From assembly GCA_902791695.1 (NCBI GenBank), contig CADAWR010000014.1, positions 6,717 through 70,716 on the forward strand: a stretch of 64,000 bases of DNA, read 5' to 3'. The translations under genes and the position numbers were made by a program. Positions 49,261 through 59,299 of the stretch are shown in pieces. The stretch is from an uncultured Bacteroidota bacterium. Its GTDB lineage: Bacteria; Bacteroidota; Bacteroidia; Bacteroidales; P3. Below the pieces are notes generated by a model that made no database searches, was not told the origin of the DNA, and saw nothing but the letters and a program-made list of their open reading frames with translations. How positions within the stretch are numbered: the stretch's first letter is position 1; every line of letters starts with the position of its first letter.

Positions 49261-50300
49261 GAAAGCTATTGACAATACTGGCGGTATTATTGCCGCTTAC
49301 AGGAATTGTGGCGCAGAAGAGTACCTTAAACTGCACATTCACCGGCATAGGTGACGGCACCAAGGTAATGGTGTGCGAGCCACAGGGCAACCGGCTTGTG
49401 CCAACAGACACACTGACACTGGATGCCAAGGGACGTGTCAAGCTCGAGCGCTACAGCACCGACGGCGGTGCACAGTTCTTCGCGCTGGCGCTGACTCGCG
49501 CGCAGAGCCCACTGCTGCACGTGTTGTTGCTGCCGAAAGAGAAAGTGACCATGGACATCAACTACGACGAGGCACATAATGTGATGCAGATAACAAAAGT
49601 CAGAGGTTCTGAGAACATGGAAATGTACCGGCGCTACACCGACATAATGGCAGGTGTCGCCGCCGACCCCAGTCTGCAGAGCGCTATGCCACAAGCCATG
49701 GAGGCCCTGATCCGCAACAATAGCCGCCAACTGATGAGCGCTTTCCTTGTCACCTACTTTGAGAGTGCTTTCGACGAATACTACGACCTGTACAAGACTG
49801 TACGCGACAGCACCATAGCCAACTACGGCAACAACGACTTCGTGAAGCATGTCGACTCCAAAGTGAGGTCGGTGATAGCCAACGGAACCGAGGCTCCTGA
49901 CATAGTGATGGCCGACCGCGATGGCCAGCTGCGCCGCCTAAGCGACCTGCGTGGCAAGGTGGTGCTGATAGACTTCTGGGCCTCGTGGTGCCGTCCCTGC
50001 AGAGCCGAGAACCCCAATGTGGTGCGTCTCTACCACCGCTTCCACGACAAGGGCTTCGAAGTGTTCAGCGTGTCGCTCGACAACAACCGCGAAGCATGGC
50101 TCAAAGCCATTGATGCCGACGGGCTGGTGTGGCTGAACCATGTGAGCGACCTGCGTGGCTGGAGCTCAGCAGGCGGACGCCTATACGGCATTAGCTCAAT
50201 ACCGGCCACAGTACTTGTTGACCGCGACGGCAAAGTGTTGGCACGTAACTTGCGAGGACCCCAATTGGAACATAAACTAATCGAAATATTTGGACAATGA
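49257..50300 (+). CDS. TlpA-family thiol:disulfide oxidoreductase (thioredoxin fold)
   Basis: DFWASWCRPCRAENP active site, with an N-terminal beta domain. Confidence 0.85.
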   Translation: MRKLLTILAVLLPLTGIVAQKSTLNCTFTGIGDGTKVMVCEPQGNRLVPTDTLTLDAKGRVKLERYSTDGGAQFFALALTRAQSPLLHVLLLPKEKVTMDINYDEAHNVMQITKVRGSENMEMYRRYTDIMAGVAADPSLQSAMPQAMEALIRNNSRQLMSAFLVTYFESAFDEYYDLYKTVRDSTIANYGNNDFVKHVDSKVRSVIANGTEAPDIVMADRDGQLRRLSDLRGKVVLIDFWASWCRPCRAENPNVVRLYHRFHDKGFEVFSVSLDNNREAWLKAIDADGLVWLNHVSDLRGWSSAGGRLYGISSIPATVLVDRDGKVLARNLRGPQLEHKLIEIFGQ

Positions 50301-51376
50301 TAACCACAACACAAATAGAGATGGCCTTAGGCCATGTGAACGACCCCGACTTAGGGCGCAGCCTGACAGAGCTGGGAATGATAGAAAACATCAAGGTCGA
50401 AGGCAAGAAAGTGAGCTTCGATCTAGTGCTCACAACACCTGCCTGCCCTATGAAGAAAAAGATGAGCGACGACTGCATCAACGCCATCCATGAGATGGTG
50501 GACCGTGAGGCCGAGGTGGAGATTAACCTCACCAGCCGTCCGCAGCCCGACCCCAAAGAGGAGTTCAAGGAAGTCTTCAAGAACATCAGAAACACCATCG
50601 TGGTGGCCTCCGGAAAGGGCGGTGTGGGCAAGAGCACCGTGGCAGTCAACCTGGCCATCTCGCTGGCAAAAACTGGTGCCAAAGTAGGTCTTGTGGACGC
50701 CGACATATACGGCCCCTCCATCCCCATCATGCTCGGCGTGGAAGGAGAAGAGATTTATGGCCACCGTGTGGGTGACAAGACTTACATGCTGCCGATAGAG
50801 AAATACGGCATCAAGCTTATGAGCGTGGGCTTCTTCGTGGACGCCAACAAAGCATTGGCCTGGCGCGGTCCGATGGCCAGCGGCGCCTTGAAGCAACTGC
50901 TCGGCGAGACTTGGTGGGACGAGATAGACTACCTGGTTGTCGACATGCCCCCGGGAACGGGCGACATACAGCTCACTTTGGCACAGAGCATCCCCGTCAG
51001 CGGTGCCATTATTGTCAGCACCCCGCAGCAGGTGGCTCTAGCCGACGTGATACGCGGCGTGGAGCTCTTCCGCAACGAGGCCGTCAACATACCAGTGCTG
51101 GGCTTCGTGGAGAACATGGCCTACTTTACCCCTGCCGAGCTTCCACAGAACAAGTACTACATCTTCGGCCACGGCGGTTGCCGCAAACTGGCCGAGGAGA
51201 TGAACATACCTTTGCTTGGCGAGATACCGCTGGTGCAAAGTATTGCCGAGAGCGGTGACAGCGGCAAGCCCGCAGCCCTCTTCACGCCCGACAAGACCGA
51301 TGACCCCGTGCGCGACGCCTTCGACGCACTGGCGCAAAATACCATAAAAGAGATTTGCAAACTTAGCATCAAATAA
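50297..51376 (+). CDS. Mrp/NBP35 (ApbC) iron-sulfur cluster carrier ATPase
   Basis: N-terminal MIP18-like domain, deviant Walker A SGKGGVGKST and DMPPGTGD. Confidence 0.9.
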   Translation: MITTTQIEMALGHVNDPDLGRSLTELGMIENIKVEGKKVSFDLVLTTPACPMKKKMSDDCINAIHEMVDREAEVEINLTSRPQPDPKEEFKEVFKNIRNTIVVASGKGGVGKSTVAVNLAISLAKTGAKVGLVDADIYGPSIPIMLGVEGEEIYGHRVGDKTYMLPIEKYGIKLMSVGFFVDANKALAWRGPMASGALKQLLGETWWDEIDYLVVDMPPGTGDIQLTLAQSIPVSGAIIVSTPQQVALADVIRGVELFRNEAVNIPVLGFVENMAYFTPAELPQNKYYIFGHGGCRKLAEEMNIPLLGEIPLVQSIAESGDSGKPAALFTPDKTDDPVRDAFDALAQNTIKEICKLSIK

Positions 51377-51379
51377 GCC

Positions 51380-51625
51380 ATGACCGATCAAGAAAAACCG
51401 GCCGTAGAGCAAAAAGTGAAGAACGCTCTGGCACAGATACGCCCCTACCTGCAGCAGGACGGCGGCGATGTGGAATATGTCGACATGACCGCCGAAGGCG
51501 TCGTCATAGTTCGCCTTAAAGGACACTGCGGCAGCTGTCCGCACGCCATGCAGACCCTCAAGCAGGGTATCGAACAGGCGCTGAAGCGCGTCATTCCCGA
51601 AGTAAAAACCGTGGAGAAGATATGA
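51380..51625 (+). CDS. NifU C-terminal-domain (Nfu-type) Fe-S assembly protein
   Basis: IRPYLQQDGGDVEYV...LKGHCGSCPHA. Confidence 0.85.
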   Translation: MTDQEKPAVEQKVKNALAQIRPYLQQDGGDVEYVDMTAEGVVIVRLKGHCGSCPHAMQTLKQGIEQALKRVIPEVKTVEKI

Positions 51626-52167
51626 TATACACCAAGACCGGCGACAAGGGCACCACATCGCTTGTGGGCGGCACACGTGTGCGCAAAGACGACATGCGCG
51701 TGGAAGCCTACGGCACCGTCGACGAGCTCAACTCGCACATAGGCCTGCTGGCTGAAATGCTGCGCTCGAAGCATGAGAAGCATTACGCAGAGCTCAAGGT
51801 AATACAGAACAAGCTGTTCGACATACAGACCCTTCTGGCCACCGAGGACGCCGACATCTACGCCCGCCTGCCACAGCTGGAAGACAAGGAGGTGGAGGCT
51901 CTCGAGCGGCAGATTGACGCCATCACCGCACAACTGCCGCAGCTGCACAGCTTTGTCATCGCCGGCGGCAATGCAGCTGGAGCCCAAGCACATGTGTGCC
52001 GCACAGTCTGCCGCCGCGCCGAGCGCCGCGTGGTGACACTCGCACAAAGTGCCGAAATAGACGACACAATCATGCGTTTTCTGAACCGCCTTTCCGACTA
52101 TCTGTTCGTGCTCGCACGCCTCGCAGTGGTAGCCGATGGGACGACAGAAGATTTGTATACCAACTGA
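51622..52167 (+). CDS. ATP:cob(I)alamin adenosyltransferase, PduO type
   Basis: IYTKTGDKGTTSL..G..V.KDD...EAYGTVDELNS. Confidence 0.85.
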   Translation: MIYTKTGDKGTTSLVGGTRVRKDDMRVEAYGTVDELNSHIGLLAEMLRSKHEKHYAELKVIQNKLFDIQTLLATEDADIYARLPQLEDKEVEALERQIDAITAQLPQLHSFVIAGGNAAGAQAHVCRTVCRRAERRVVTLAQSAEIDDTIMRFLNRLSDYLFVLARLAVVADGTTEDLYTN

Positions 52168-52202
52168 TTGTAAATTTTATTTGTCAGTATTGGAAAAAGG
52201 TG

Positions 52203-52210
52203 TACTTTTG
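52203..52210 (+). promoter_or_regulatory. Candidate -7 box (TACTTTTG)
   Basis: TAnnTTTG 24 nt upstream of the ATG at 52234. Confidence 0.45.
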
Positions 52211-52233
52211 CAAAAATTTTTGAGCAACAGAGT

Positions 52234-52455
52234 ATGTATTGGACACTTGAATTAGCATCGAAACTGGAGGACGCACCCTGGCCCGCCACCAAAGAAGAAC
52301 TTATTGACTATGCGCAACGTACGGGTGCCCCTATGGAGGTAATAGAAAACCTGCAGGAGATTGAGGATGAGGGAGACCAGTATGAAAGCATAGAGGATAT
52401 CTGGCCCGACTACCCCACCAAGGAGGACTTTTTCTTTGAGGAAGACGAGTACTAA
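52234..52455 (+). CDS. DUF2795-like small acidic protein
   Basis: ...APWPATKEELIDYAQRTGAPMEVIENLQEIED... Confidence 0.7.
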   Translation: MYWTLELASKLEDAPWPATKEELIDYAQRTGAPMEVIENLQEIEDEGDQYESIEDIWPDYPTKEDFFFEEDEY

Positions 52456-53242
52456 TGAACACACGGTTCGCGCGACAAAACCGCGAACCATATCCGTCGT
52501 CGGCTCCGGAAACGTAGCCACCCACCTTGCCATAGCTCTTCACAACGCCGGCTGTACAGTGCGGCAAGTTCTTTCACGTTCATACGACCATGCGCAGCGC
52601 CTCGCCATGCGCGTCGACGCCGTTCCCATTGACAACCCGCTGCGACTCGACGAAGACGTAGACGTCTGCCTGCTCTGTGTGGGCGACGATTCGCTCTACG
52701 ACCTAGCTCTCGACCTGCGCCTTCGCGACTCCATCGTCATACACACTTCCGGCACCACGTCGGCATCCATTCTCAAACATATTTCGCCACGCTACGGCGT
52801 GGTGTGGTCGCCCCAGACCTTTGTGCGCGACATCGCCATGGACTACAGCCGCCTGCCGCTCTGCATAGAGGGCAGCTCGCCCGATGTGGAGATGGAGATA
52901 GAAGACCTGATGAGGCTTGTGAGCCCCTGTATCTATCACCTCGACGGCGAACAGAGGCTCCACGCACACCTCGCCGCCGTGATGGTCAGCAACTTCGTCT
53001 GCGCCCTCAACGCCACCGCACAGGATTATATGCAGAGCCACAACCTCGACTTTGAGATGCTGCGCCCTCTCGCCGAGCAAACCCTTCGCAAGTGGGACTA
53101 CGGCAACCTCTGGCACCAGATGACAGGGCCCGCCGTGCGACGCGACGAAAAGACCATTGCAACTCAGCGCAGGTTGCTGGCCGACAAGCCAGAAATATTG
53201 CGCCTCTACGACCTCATGACCGAGATAATCCAGGCGAAATGA
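52436..53242 (+). CDS. Rossmann-like / DUF2520 domain protein
   Basis: ISVVGSGNVATHLAIALHNAG dinucleotide-binding N-terminus. The only in-frame start before it is TTG 52436, which overlaps the upstream gene by 20 nt. The start is uncertain. Confidence 0.7.
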   Translation: MRKTSTNEHTVRATKPRTISVVGSGNVATHLAIALHNAGCTVRQVLSRSYDHAQRLAMRVDAVPIDNPLRLDEDVDVCLLCVGDDSLYDLALDLRLRDSIVIHTSGTTSASILKHISPRYGVVWSPQTFVRDIAMDYSRLPLCIEGSSPDVEMEIEDLMRLVSPCIYHLDGEQRLHAHLAAVMVSNFVCALNATAQDYMQSHNLDFEMLRPLAEQTLRKWDYGNLWHQMTGPAVRRDEKTIATQRRLLADKPEILRLYDLMTEIIQAK

Positions 53243-54009
53243 CATTCGTAGACACACACTGTCACCTCTACGACGAGGCTTTCGACGCCGACCGCCCACA
53301 GGCGGTGCAACGCGCCATCGACGCCGGTGTGACGACCATGCTGCTGCCCGACATCGACAGCATGTCGACCGAACGCCTGGACACCCTCTACAATCAGTAT
53401 CCCAACCATTTCCGCCGCATGGCCGGACTGCACCCGACATCCGTCAAGGAGGACTTCGAAGCGGAGCTGGCACATGTGCGCAAGCGCCTCGAAACAGGGT
53501 CGCTGGTGGCCGTCGGCGAGATTGGCATGGACCTCTACTGGGACCGCACCTACGAGGAGCAGCAGCGCGAAGTGCTCCGCCGCCAGATGAGCTGGGCCGA
53601 GGAGTTCGGCCTGCCGGTGGCACTGCATATCCGCAAGGCTCACAACGAGGTTTTCGGCCTGCTCCGCGACCTCAACCGCAGCAGCTACCGCGGTGTGATG
53701 CACTGCTTCGGCGGCAGCCTGCAAGAGGCATGGCGCGCTGTCGAGATGGGCTTTATGCTGGGCATCGGCGGTGTCGTCACCTTCAAGAACGCCACCATGG
53801 CCGAGGTGGCCAAGGCGGTACCTCTCGACCGCCTGCTACTCGAAACCGACGCCCCCTACCTGAGTCCCGTCCCACACCGCGGCGAGCGTAACGAGAGCAG
53901 CTATATCCCACTGATAGCACAGAAGATAGCCGACCTGCGCGGCATAAGCGTCGACGCGGTTGCCGAGCAGACCACCGCCAACGCCAGCCAGCTATTCGGT
54001 CTTGATTGA
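53239..54009 (+). CDS. TatD family metal-dependent hydrolase
   Basis: Start at MTFVDTHCHLYDEAF. Motifs GEIGMD, LHIR, MHCFGG and ETDAPY. Confidence 0.9.
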   Translation: MTFVDTHCHLYDEAFDADRPQAVQRAIDAGVTTMLLPDIDSMSTERLDTLYNQYPNHFRRMAGLHPTSVKEDFEAELAHVRKRLETGSLVAVGEIGMDLYWDRTYEEQQREVLRRQMSWAEEFGLPVALHIRKAHNEVFGLLRDLNRSSYRGVMHCFGGSLQEAWRAVEMGFMLGIGGVVTFKNATMAEVAKAVPLDRLLLETDAPYLSPVPHRGERNESSYIPLIAQKIADLRGISVDAVAEQTTANASQLFGLD

Positions 54010-54027
54010 CAGCATCTACACCACAAC

Positions 54028-54143
54028 CCCTTCGTCCCCGGTACGTACCAAAAGCGTACTCTCTCCGTATTTTTACTACAAAAAACCGTCGAACAGTCGG
54101 AGCGGGTACGGAGCGGGTACGGAGGGGGGACGGAGAGAGTACC
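54028..54143. repeat. Intergenic palindromic element, copy D (inverted orientation relative to copy A, partly degenerate)
   Basis: gtactctctccgt...aaaccgtcgaacagtcggagcgggtacggagcgggtacggaggggggacggagagagtac. Its inner part is the reverse complement of the copy A left arm. Confidence 0.75.
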
Positions 54144-54233
54144 CACAGGCAACACATTATCAGCCGTTTGCGTGACGCACAATATTTTTCAGGCATCTAC
54201 GTTACTGGTTTATAGACAAAAACGCATTCAGAA

Positions 54234-55163
54234 ATGCACATCGCAATAGTAAAAGACGCCGTGCTGCCGGCACGTCTGTACGGTGGCACCGAACGGGTGG
54301 CCTACTCGCTGGGGAGGGCTCTTAGCCACCTCGGTCACGAGGTGACATTCCTCTGCCGTGCCGGCTCGGAAGCCCCTTTCGCACACGTGCAGGCGATCGA
54401 CCCATCGCGCAGCATAGCCGCACAGATACCTGCCGGCGTGGACATCGTGCATTTCAACGACGCGGTGCCCGGGGACATCGGCGAACGGCCATACATTGTG
54501 ACCATCAACGGCAACCTCGGCGACGGTGCCGTGGCTCCACCGATGGCGGTGTTCGTGTCGCGCAACCATGCGCAACGGCATGGTTCCGAACACTTTGTGT
54601 ACAACGGTCTCGACTGGGACGACTACCCCAAGGCCGACCTCATGCTGCAGCGCGACAGCTACCACTTCCTGGGCAAGGCGGCGTGGAGGGTCAAGAATGT
54701 GCGCGGCGCCATCCGCATCATCCGCCAGGTGCCTGGGGCACAGCTGCATGTGCTCGGCGGCACACGCCTGAACTTCAAGATGGGCTTCCGCTTCACGCCG
54801 AGCCCGCGCATACACTTCCACGGCATGGTGGACAACGACGCCAAATGCCAATATATCAGTCGCTCGCTGGGGCTGGTGTTCCCCGTGCTGTGGGACGAGC
54901 CGTTCGGTCTCTGCCTAACCGAGTCGCTATACTTTGGCGCTCCCGTGTTCGGCACGCATAGGGGCTCGCTACCCGAGATTGTGGCGCCGGAGGTGGGTTT
55001 CCTCTCCAACGACGAGGATGAATTGGCGCGACACATCGCCGAGGGGCATGAGTACTCGCCGAAACGCTGCCACGAGTATGCCGCCGACCTCTTCGGTGCC
55101 GAACCTATGGCAAAAGCATATCTTGACGTGTACCAGTCAGTCCTCGACGGCCAACGCTGGTAA
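54234..55163 (+). CDS. Glycosyltransferase (GT4/GT1-like)
   Basis: MHIAIV...YGGTERV N-terminus and a C-terminal E..FG...E motif (DEPFGLCLTESLYFGAPV). Confidence 0.82.
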   Translation: MHIAIVKDAVLPARLYGGTERVAYSLGRALSHLGHEVTFLCRAGSEAPFAHVQAIDPSRSIAAQIPAGVDIVHFNDAVPGDIGERPYIVTINGNLGDGAVAPPMAVFVSRNHAQRHGSEHFVYNGLDWDDYPKADLMLQRDSYHFLGKAAWRVKNVRGAIRIIRQVPGAQLHVLGGTRLNFKMGFRFTPSPRIHFHGMVDNDAKCQYISRSLGLVFPVLWDEPFGLCLTESLYFGAPVFGTHRGSLPEIVAPEVGFLSNDEDELARHIAEGHEYSPKRCHEYAADLFGAEPMAKAYLDVYQSVLDGQRW

Positions 55164-55179
55164 ACAACGCACTATTATT

Positions 55180-55665
55180 ATGGCAGACAAGGGAATAAAG
55201 AAGACCAACGCGGCACGGCTGCTCGACCAGCTGAAGATTGCCTACGAACTCATACCATACGAAGTGGACGAGGAGCACTTGGGCGCCGAGCATACAGCCG
55301 CAGTGCTAGGAGAGCCCATAGAGCGGATATTCAAGACGTTGGTGCTGCGTGGCGACCGGACAGGGCACTTCGTATGCGTCATCCCGGGAGCCGAGGAGGT
55401 GGACTTGAAGAAAGCCGCCAAGGTGACTGGCAACAAGAAGGTGGAAATGATACACGTCAAGGAGCTGCTGCCCTTGACGGGCTACATTCGCGGCGGGTGC
55501 TCGCCCATAGGCATGAAGAAACCGTTGCCGACATGGTTCCACCAAAGCCTTATGGACCACAAAAGCATCTATTGCAGCGCAGGCCAACGAGGCCTGCAGT
55601 TCCACCTCGCCCCCGTCGACATTCTGCGTGCCGCACATGGCACACTGGCCGACCTCACCGTCTGA
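55180..55665 (+). CDS. ybaK: Cys-tRNA(Pro)/Cys-tRNA(Cys) deacylase YbaK
   Basis: Start at MADKGIKKTNAARLLD. Motifs IFKTLV and TGYIRGGCSPIGMKK. Confidence 0.85.
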   Translation: MADKGIKKTNAARLLDQLKIAYELIPYEVDEEHLGAEHTAAVLGEPIERIFKTLVLRGDRTGHFVCVIPGAEEVDLKKAAKVTGNKKVEMIHVKELLPLTGYIRGGCSPIGMKKPLPTWFHQSLMDHKSIYCSAGQRGLQFHLAPVDILRAAHGTLADLTV

Positions 55666-55669
55666 TACT

Positions 55670-56248
55670 ATGGCAGATATCGAGCGACATCCACTGCAAC
55701 CCTTCCTGCCGCCCAACGCGCGTCTGCTTATGCTCGGCAGCTTCCCGCCGCCGCGCAAGCGCTGGTGCATGGATTTCTTCTACCCCAACCGCACCAACAT
55801 GATGTGGGAGATTTTCGGGCTGGTGTTCTTCGGCGACAGCCAGCGACTGGTGGACGCCGGGCACAAAACGTTCCGCATGGAGGATATCAAGGCCTTATTG
55901 GAAGAGCGCGGGATAGCCATCTACGACACCGCCAGCGCCGTGCGGCGCCTAAGCGGCAACGCTTCGGACAAAGACCTTGAGATAGTGGAGAAGACCGACA
56001 TACCTATCCTGCTGGAGCAGATACCACAGTGCCACGACATCGTCTGTACCGGCCAGAAAAGCTTCTCTGTTTTGACAGAGGATTATGGTGTCCCCGTGCC
56101 CACGATGGGCACCTACAACGCCTTCACAATCGCCGGCCGCGAGATGCGACTCTGGCGCATGCCTTCTTCATCCCGCGCCTATCCAATGAAACTTGACGAG
56201 AAAGCCAAGTATTACCAAGAAATGATGAAAACCATCGGAATCATATGA
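55670..56248 (+). CDS. Uracil-DNA glycosylase superfamily protein (DNA-deoxyinosine glycosylase-like)
   Basis: Start at MADIERHPLQPFLPPNARLLMLGSFPP...FFYPNRTNMMWEI. C-terminal MPSSSRAYP. Confidence 0.75.
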   Translation: MADIERHPLQPFLPPNARLLMLGSFPPPRKRWCMDFFYPNRTNMMWEIFGLVFFGDSQRLVDAGHKTFRMEDIKALLEERGIAIYDTASAVRRLSGNASDKDLEIVEKTDIPILLEQIPQCHDIVCTGQKSFSVLTEDYGVPVPTMGTYNAFTIAGREMRLWRMPSSSRAYPMKLDEKAKYYQEMMKTIGII

Positions 56249-56913
56249 CACTAAAGGAAGCCATCGTCGCACGTCATTCGGTGCGGCAGTATCAGGAGAA
56301 GGCCATCGAGGCGGAGATTATTAAGCGCCTTAATGAAGAGATTGCTTTGTGCAATCAGGAGGGCGGGTTGCATATACAGCTTGTTCTCGACGAGCCGCAT
56401 GCCTTCACCGGCGGCATGGTCAAATACGGCAACTTCAAGGGAGTGCGCAACTACCTGGCCATGGTGGCCCCCAAAGGTGCCGACGAGAAGGTGGGCTACT
56501 ACGGCGAGCGACTGGTGCTGCTGGCACAGACGCTGGGTCTTAACAGCTGCTGGGTAGGCATGTTGGTAGGCAAGCAACCCGACCGCTACACAATTGCCGA
56601 CGGCGAAAAGCTACACTGTGTCATAGCCCTCGGCTACGGAGCCAACCAAGGTGTGCAGCATCCCCTGCGGCCTATGGAAAAGTTCATCAAGGCCTCGATA
56701 CCGCTGCCCGACTGGTTCCGCCGCGGCATGGAAGCCGCCATTCTGGCGCCCACGGCAGTGCACCAGCAGAAGTTCGAGCTTGAGTTGCTGGACGACCACA
56801 CCTTAGCCGCCCGTGCACGCTTCTCATTGGTAGGTTGGGCAAAGCTCGACCTCGGCATCGTCAAGTATAACTTCGAGGTAGCCGCCGGCAAAGAAAACTT
56901 CAGCTGGCAATGA
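56245..56913 (+). CDS. Nitroreductase family protein
   Basis: ARHSVRQY, ...NSCWVG. Confidence 0.8.
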   Translation: MTLKEAIVARHSVRQYQEKAIEAEIIKRLNEEIALCNQEGGLHIQLVLDEPHAFTGGMVKYGNFKGVRNYLAMVAPKGADEKVGYYGERLVLLAQTLGLNSCWVGMLVGKQPDRYTIADGEKLHCVIALGYGANQGVQHPLRPMEKFIKASIPLPDWFRRGMEAAILAPTAVHQQKFELELLDDHTLAARARFSLVGWAKLDLGIVKYNFEVAAGKENFSWQ

Positions 56914-57194
56914 CCAACCGCCTACTGCTATATTATCTTCTTACCGCCAACCTGCTGACTTTCGTCACCTATGGCATCGACAAGCACAAGGCGCGCCATA
57001 ACCGCTGGCGGGTGCGAGAAGCATCGCTTCTGTTGCTCGCCGCCCTCGGCGGCAGTATAGGCGCATTGATGGCAATGCACCTCTTTCACCACAAGACCCA
57101 GCACAAGAAGTTCCGCTACGGGGTGCCGGCCATATTGATTATCCAGCTGGCTATTACGGCGTTTTGTTACTATCGGTACACCTCGATGGTGTAG
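56910..57194 (+). CDS. DUF1294 membrane protein
   Basis: YGIDKHKARHNRWRVREASLLLLAALGGSIGALMAMHLFHHKTQHKKF. Confidence 0.8.
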   Translation: MTNRLLLYYLLTANLLTFVTYGIDKHKARHNRWRVREASLLLLAALGGSIGALMAMHLFHHKTQHKKFRYGVPAILIIQLAITAFCYYRYTSMV

Positions 57195-58033
57195 GTGAAG
57201 GTATACTTCTCCTTCGGTGCCAGACGGTGGATATACTGGCGCTTAGAGATGTCGCCGGTAAAGCCCTTGGTGTCGCAGATACCGCACCAAGGCTCAAGGC
57301 AAACGAACGGACAGCCTTCCCTGTGTGGAGCCCAGATGCCGTAGGCTTCAGCCTGCGGGCAACTGACGGCAATTACCTCTTTGCCATTCTTGTCGCAAAG
57401 CACAGCCTTAGCCACCTGGCCATCCTCAAACATCAGCGCATCATGGGCGAAGGTGTCGGCCCCTATCGGCATCTCGACAGGAATACGTCGTGGTTCCGGC
57501 AACGGCACACGGTTGCCGTCCTCAAGTCCGTTTACGATGACAGGCGATACACTCCTCCCTTCGCGGTCGTAATAACGGATATGACCATGCAGAGCGTCTT
57601 CAGCCCTATACTCTGGCAGCATAAAGCCCGGATGGGCACCTATCTGGAACCAAGCATCCCTCTCGTCGAGGTTTTCCACCGTCCACATCACTTCCACAGC
57701 GCTGCCATGCAGCCGATAGCATACCTCCAAACCCAGCTTATATGGGTAGCTTTCGCTGAGAGAACCCGGCAGCAACCGCAGCTGTCCGTTACCAATAATC
57801 GCAAACTCACTGTCTCTCGCATAGCCATGCTGCTTCATGGTGTAGGCCTGTCCACCAACATGGAGCTCGTTGTTATACGGCTTCCCCACGGCGGGAAATA
57901 GTATCGGCGCATGGCGGTTCCAATAGGCAGCGTCACCGTTCCACAGGTACTCGTGACCCCCTTTCTTGAGGCTCACCAGCTCGGCGCCATGCTCGTTCAC
58001 CTCTATGGTGATCATGTCGTTACTTAGCTTCAT
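57170..58033 (-). CDS. Aldose 1-epimerase family protein
   Basis: ...GAELVSL...EYLWNGD..YW.RHAPILFP.VG... mutarotase-like N-terminus. 287 aa. Confidence 0.85.
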   Translation of the reverse strand: MKLSNDMITIEVNEHGAELVSLKKGGHEYLWNGDAAYWNRHAPILFPAVGKPYNNELHVGGQAYTMKQHGYARDSEFAIIGNGQLRLLPGSLSESYPYKLGLEVCYRLHGSAVEVMWTVENLDERDAWFQIGAHPGFMLPEYRAEDALHGHIRYYDREGRSVSPVIVNGLEDGNRVPLPEPRRIPVEMPIGADTFAHDALMFEDGQVAKAVLCDKNGKEVIAVSCPQAEAYGIWAPHREGCPFVCLEPWCGICDTKGFTGDISKRQYIHRLAPKEKYTFTYTIEVYR

Positions 58034-58371
58034 ACGGCTTTCAGTTCTGGTACTATGGCGAAGAATATCAATGGCTCAGTGGAGCTTGCATTGATGAGCG
58101 AGTGCGAGTGCCCCACGGGGCAGTAGTGGCACTGGCCGGGAACAAGGCGCTCTTCGCCGTCGTCATACAAGCATCGGGCCTCGCCGCTGAGGATGAATAT
58201 TATCTCGCTGTTGGTCTCGTGTTTGTGGAAGCCGATGGAGCAGCCCACCTCAAGCCGTCCTCGCATAATCTTGTTCTGTCCGTCATTAAAGGTACGGAAC
58301 ATCGTGTTGCCCTCGCCGCCTTTGAACTGCGGATTGGCAACTTCCTCGAGTTTATTGAAATCTATTACCAT
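58030..58371 (-). CDS. Cupin domain protein
   Basis: G.HKHETNSEIIFILSGEA...PVGHSHSL two-motif cupin signature. Confidence 0.8.
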   Translation of the reverse strand: MVIDFNKLEEVANPQFKGGEGNTMFRTFNDGQNKIMRGRLEVGCSIGFHKHETNSEIIFILSGEARCLYDDGEERLVPGQCHYCPVGHSHSLINASSTEPLIFFAIVPELKAV

Positions 58372-59285
58372 ATTTCTTTCGCCGGCCAGCCGTAATCTTG
58401 ATAGTAGTGGACATTGAGGTTATTGTGCTTCACATATTCTTTCAGCTGCTCCTGACGGACGGCCTCGCGCACCTGCTCGCTTGAGTGCACGTTCTCATAG
58501 ATGTCGTAGTAGCTGCCGAAGATGCGCTTGGCGCTGGCCATATTGCCGGCACCGTCGACGGCCTGCTCGAATCCTGTCACCTTGTATTTGCCGTTCTCTT
58601 TGCTCATGGTTATCGCGCCTGCATGGTTGCCACCGGAGACGCACTTCAGCGTGTCGCCCACGACGTTGTACCACATCACCCAGAAGTCGCCCATAAAGAG
58701 CCCGTCCTCCTCATGTATCATCTGCAGCGTCGGGATGCAGAGCTCGCCCTTCAGGTAATGCTCGCCAATCTCGCGCACCAGGTAGTCGCTGATGGCCGCT
58801 CTTACGGCCTGTTCCTCACGGTTGATTGCTATGTGACGTATACAGTCGGCCTTGTGCCCGTCAAAGTCAGACATCAGCCACACGCCGTCGACATTCTCCA
58901 TATAGAGCTTGTGCTCCTCAATGTCGGTAGACTCGTCGAACGAGCCATCTTCCCACTTCTGACGCACGCTGATAGTAGCCACAGCATGGGTATTGTCGGT
59001 CAGCTCAACGCCAGTCACCGTGTAGTCGGCTATCGTGCCGCCGTTGCCGGTGACGAAGTAGTAGAGCCATTCGTGGTCCATAGCCTCATGTTCCGGCAGG
59101 CGGTTGAACATCGTGTCGAGCACATTGTAGAAGTCCTCGGTCATATACTCGCGCGACTCTTCCCGCAGCTCGTGGTCGGGGATGTACTTGCACAGTTCCG
59201 CAGCCCTTTCCTTCAGCTTCTCTTCTTGGTTTCCACAAGCCGTCAGCAGCAGGGCGGCCGCCAACAATAACAATATCTTCTTCAT
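58365..59285 (-). CDS. Hypothetical lipoprotein
   Basis: Start at MKKILLLLAAALLLTAC (ATG 59283-59285). No recognised domain. Confidence 0.7.
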   Translation of the reverse strand: MKKILLLLAAALLLTACGNQEEKLKERAAELCKYIPDHELREESREYMTEDFYNVLDTMFNRLPEHEAMDHEWLYYFVTGNGGTIADYTVTGVELTDNTHAVATISVRQKWEDGSFDESTDIEEHKLYMENVDGVWLMSDFDGHKADCIRHIAINREEQAVRAAISDYLVREIGEHYLKGELCIPTLQMIHEEDGLFMGDFWVMWYNVVGDTLKCVSGGNHAGAITMSKENGKYKVTGFEQAVDGAGNMASAKRIFGSYYDIYENVHSSEQVREAVRQEQLKEYVKHNNLNVHYYQDYGWPAKEIW

Positions 59286-59299
59286 GCCAAGTATGTGTT

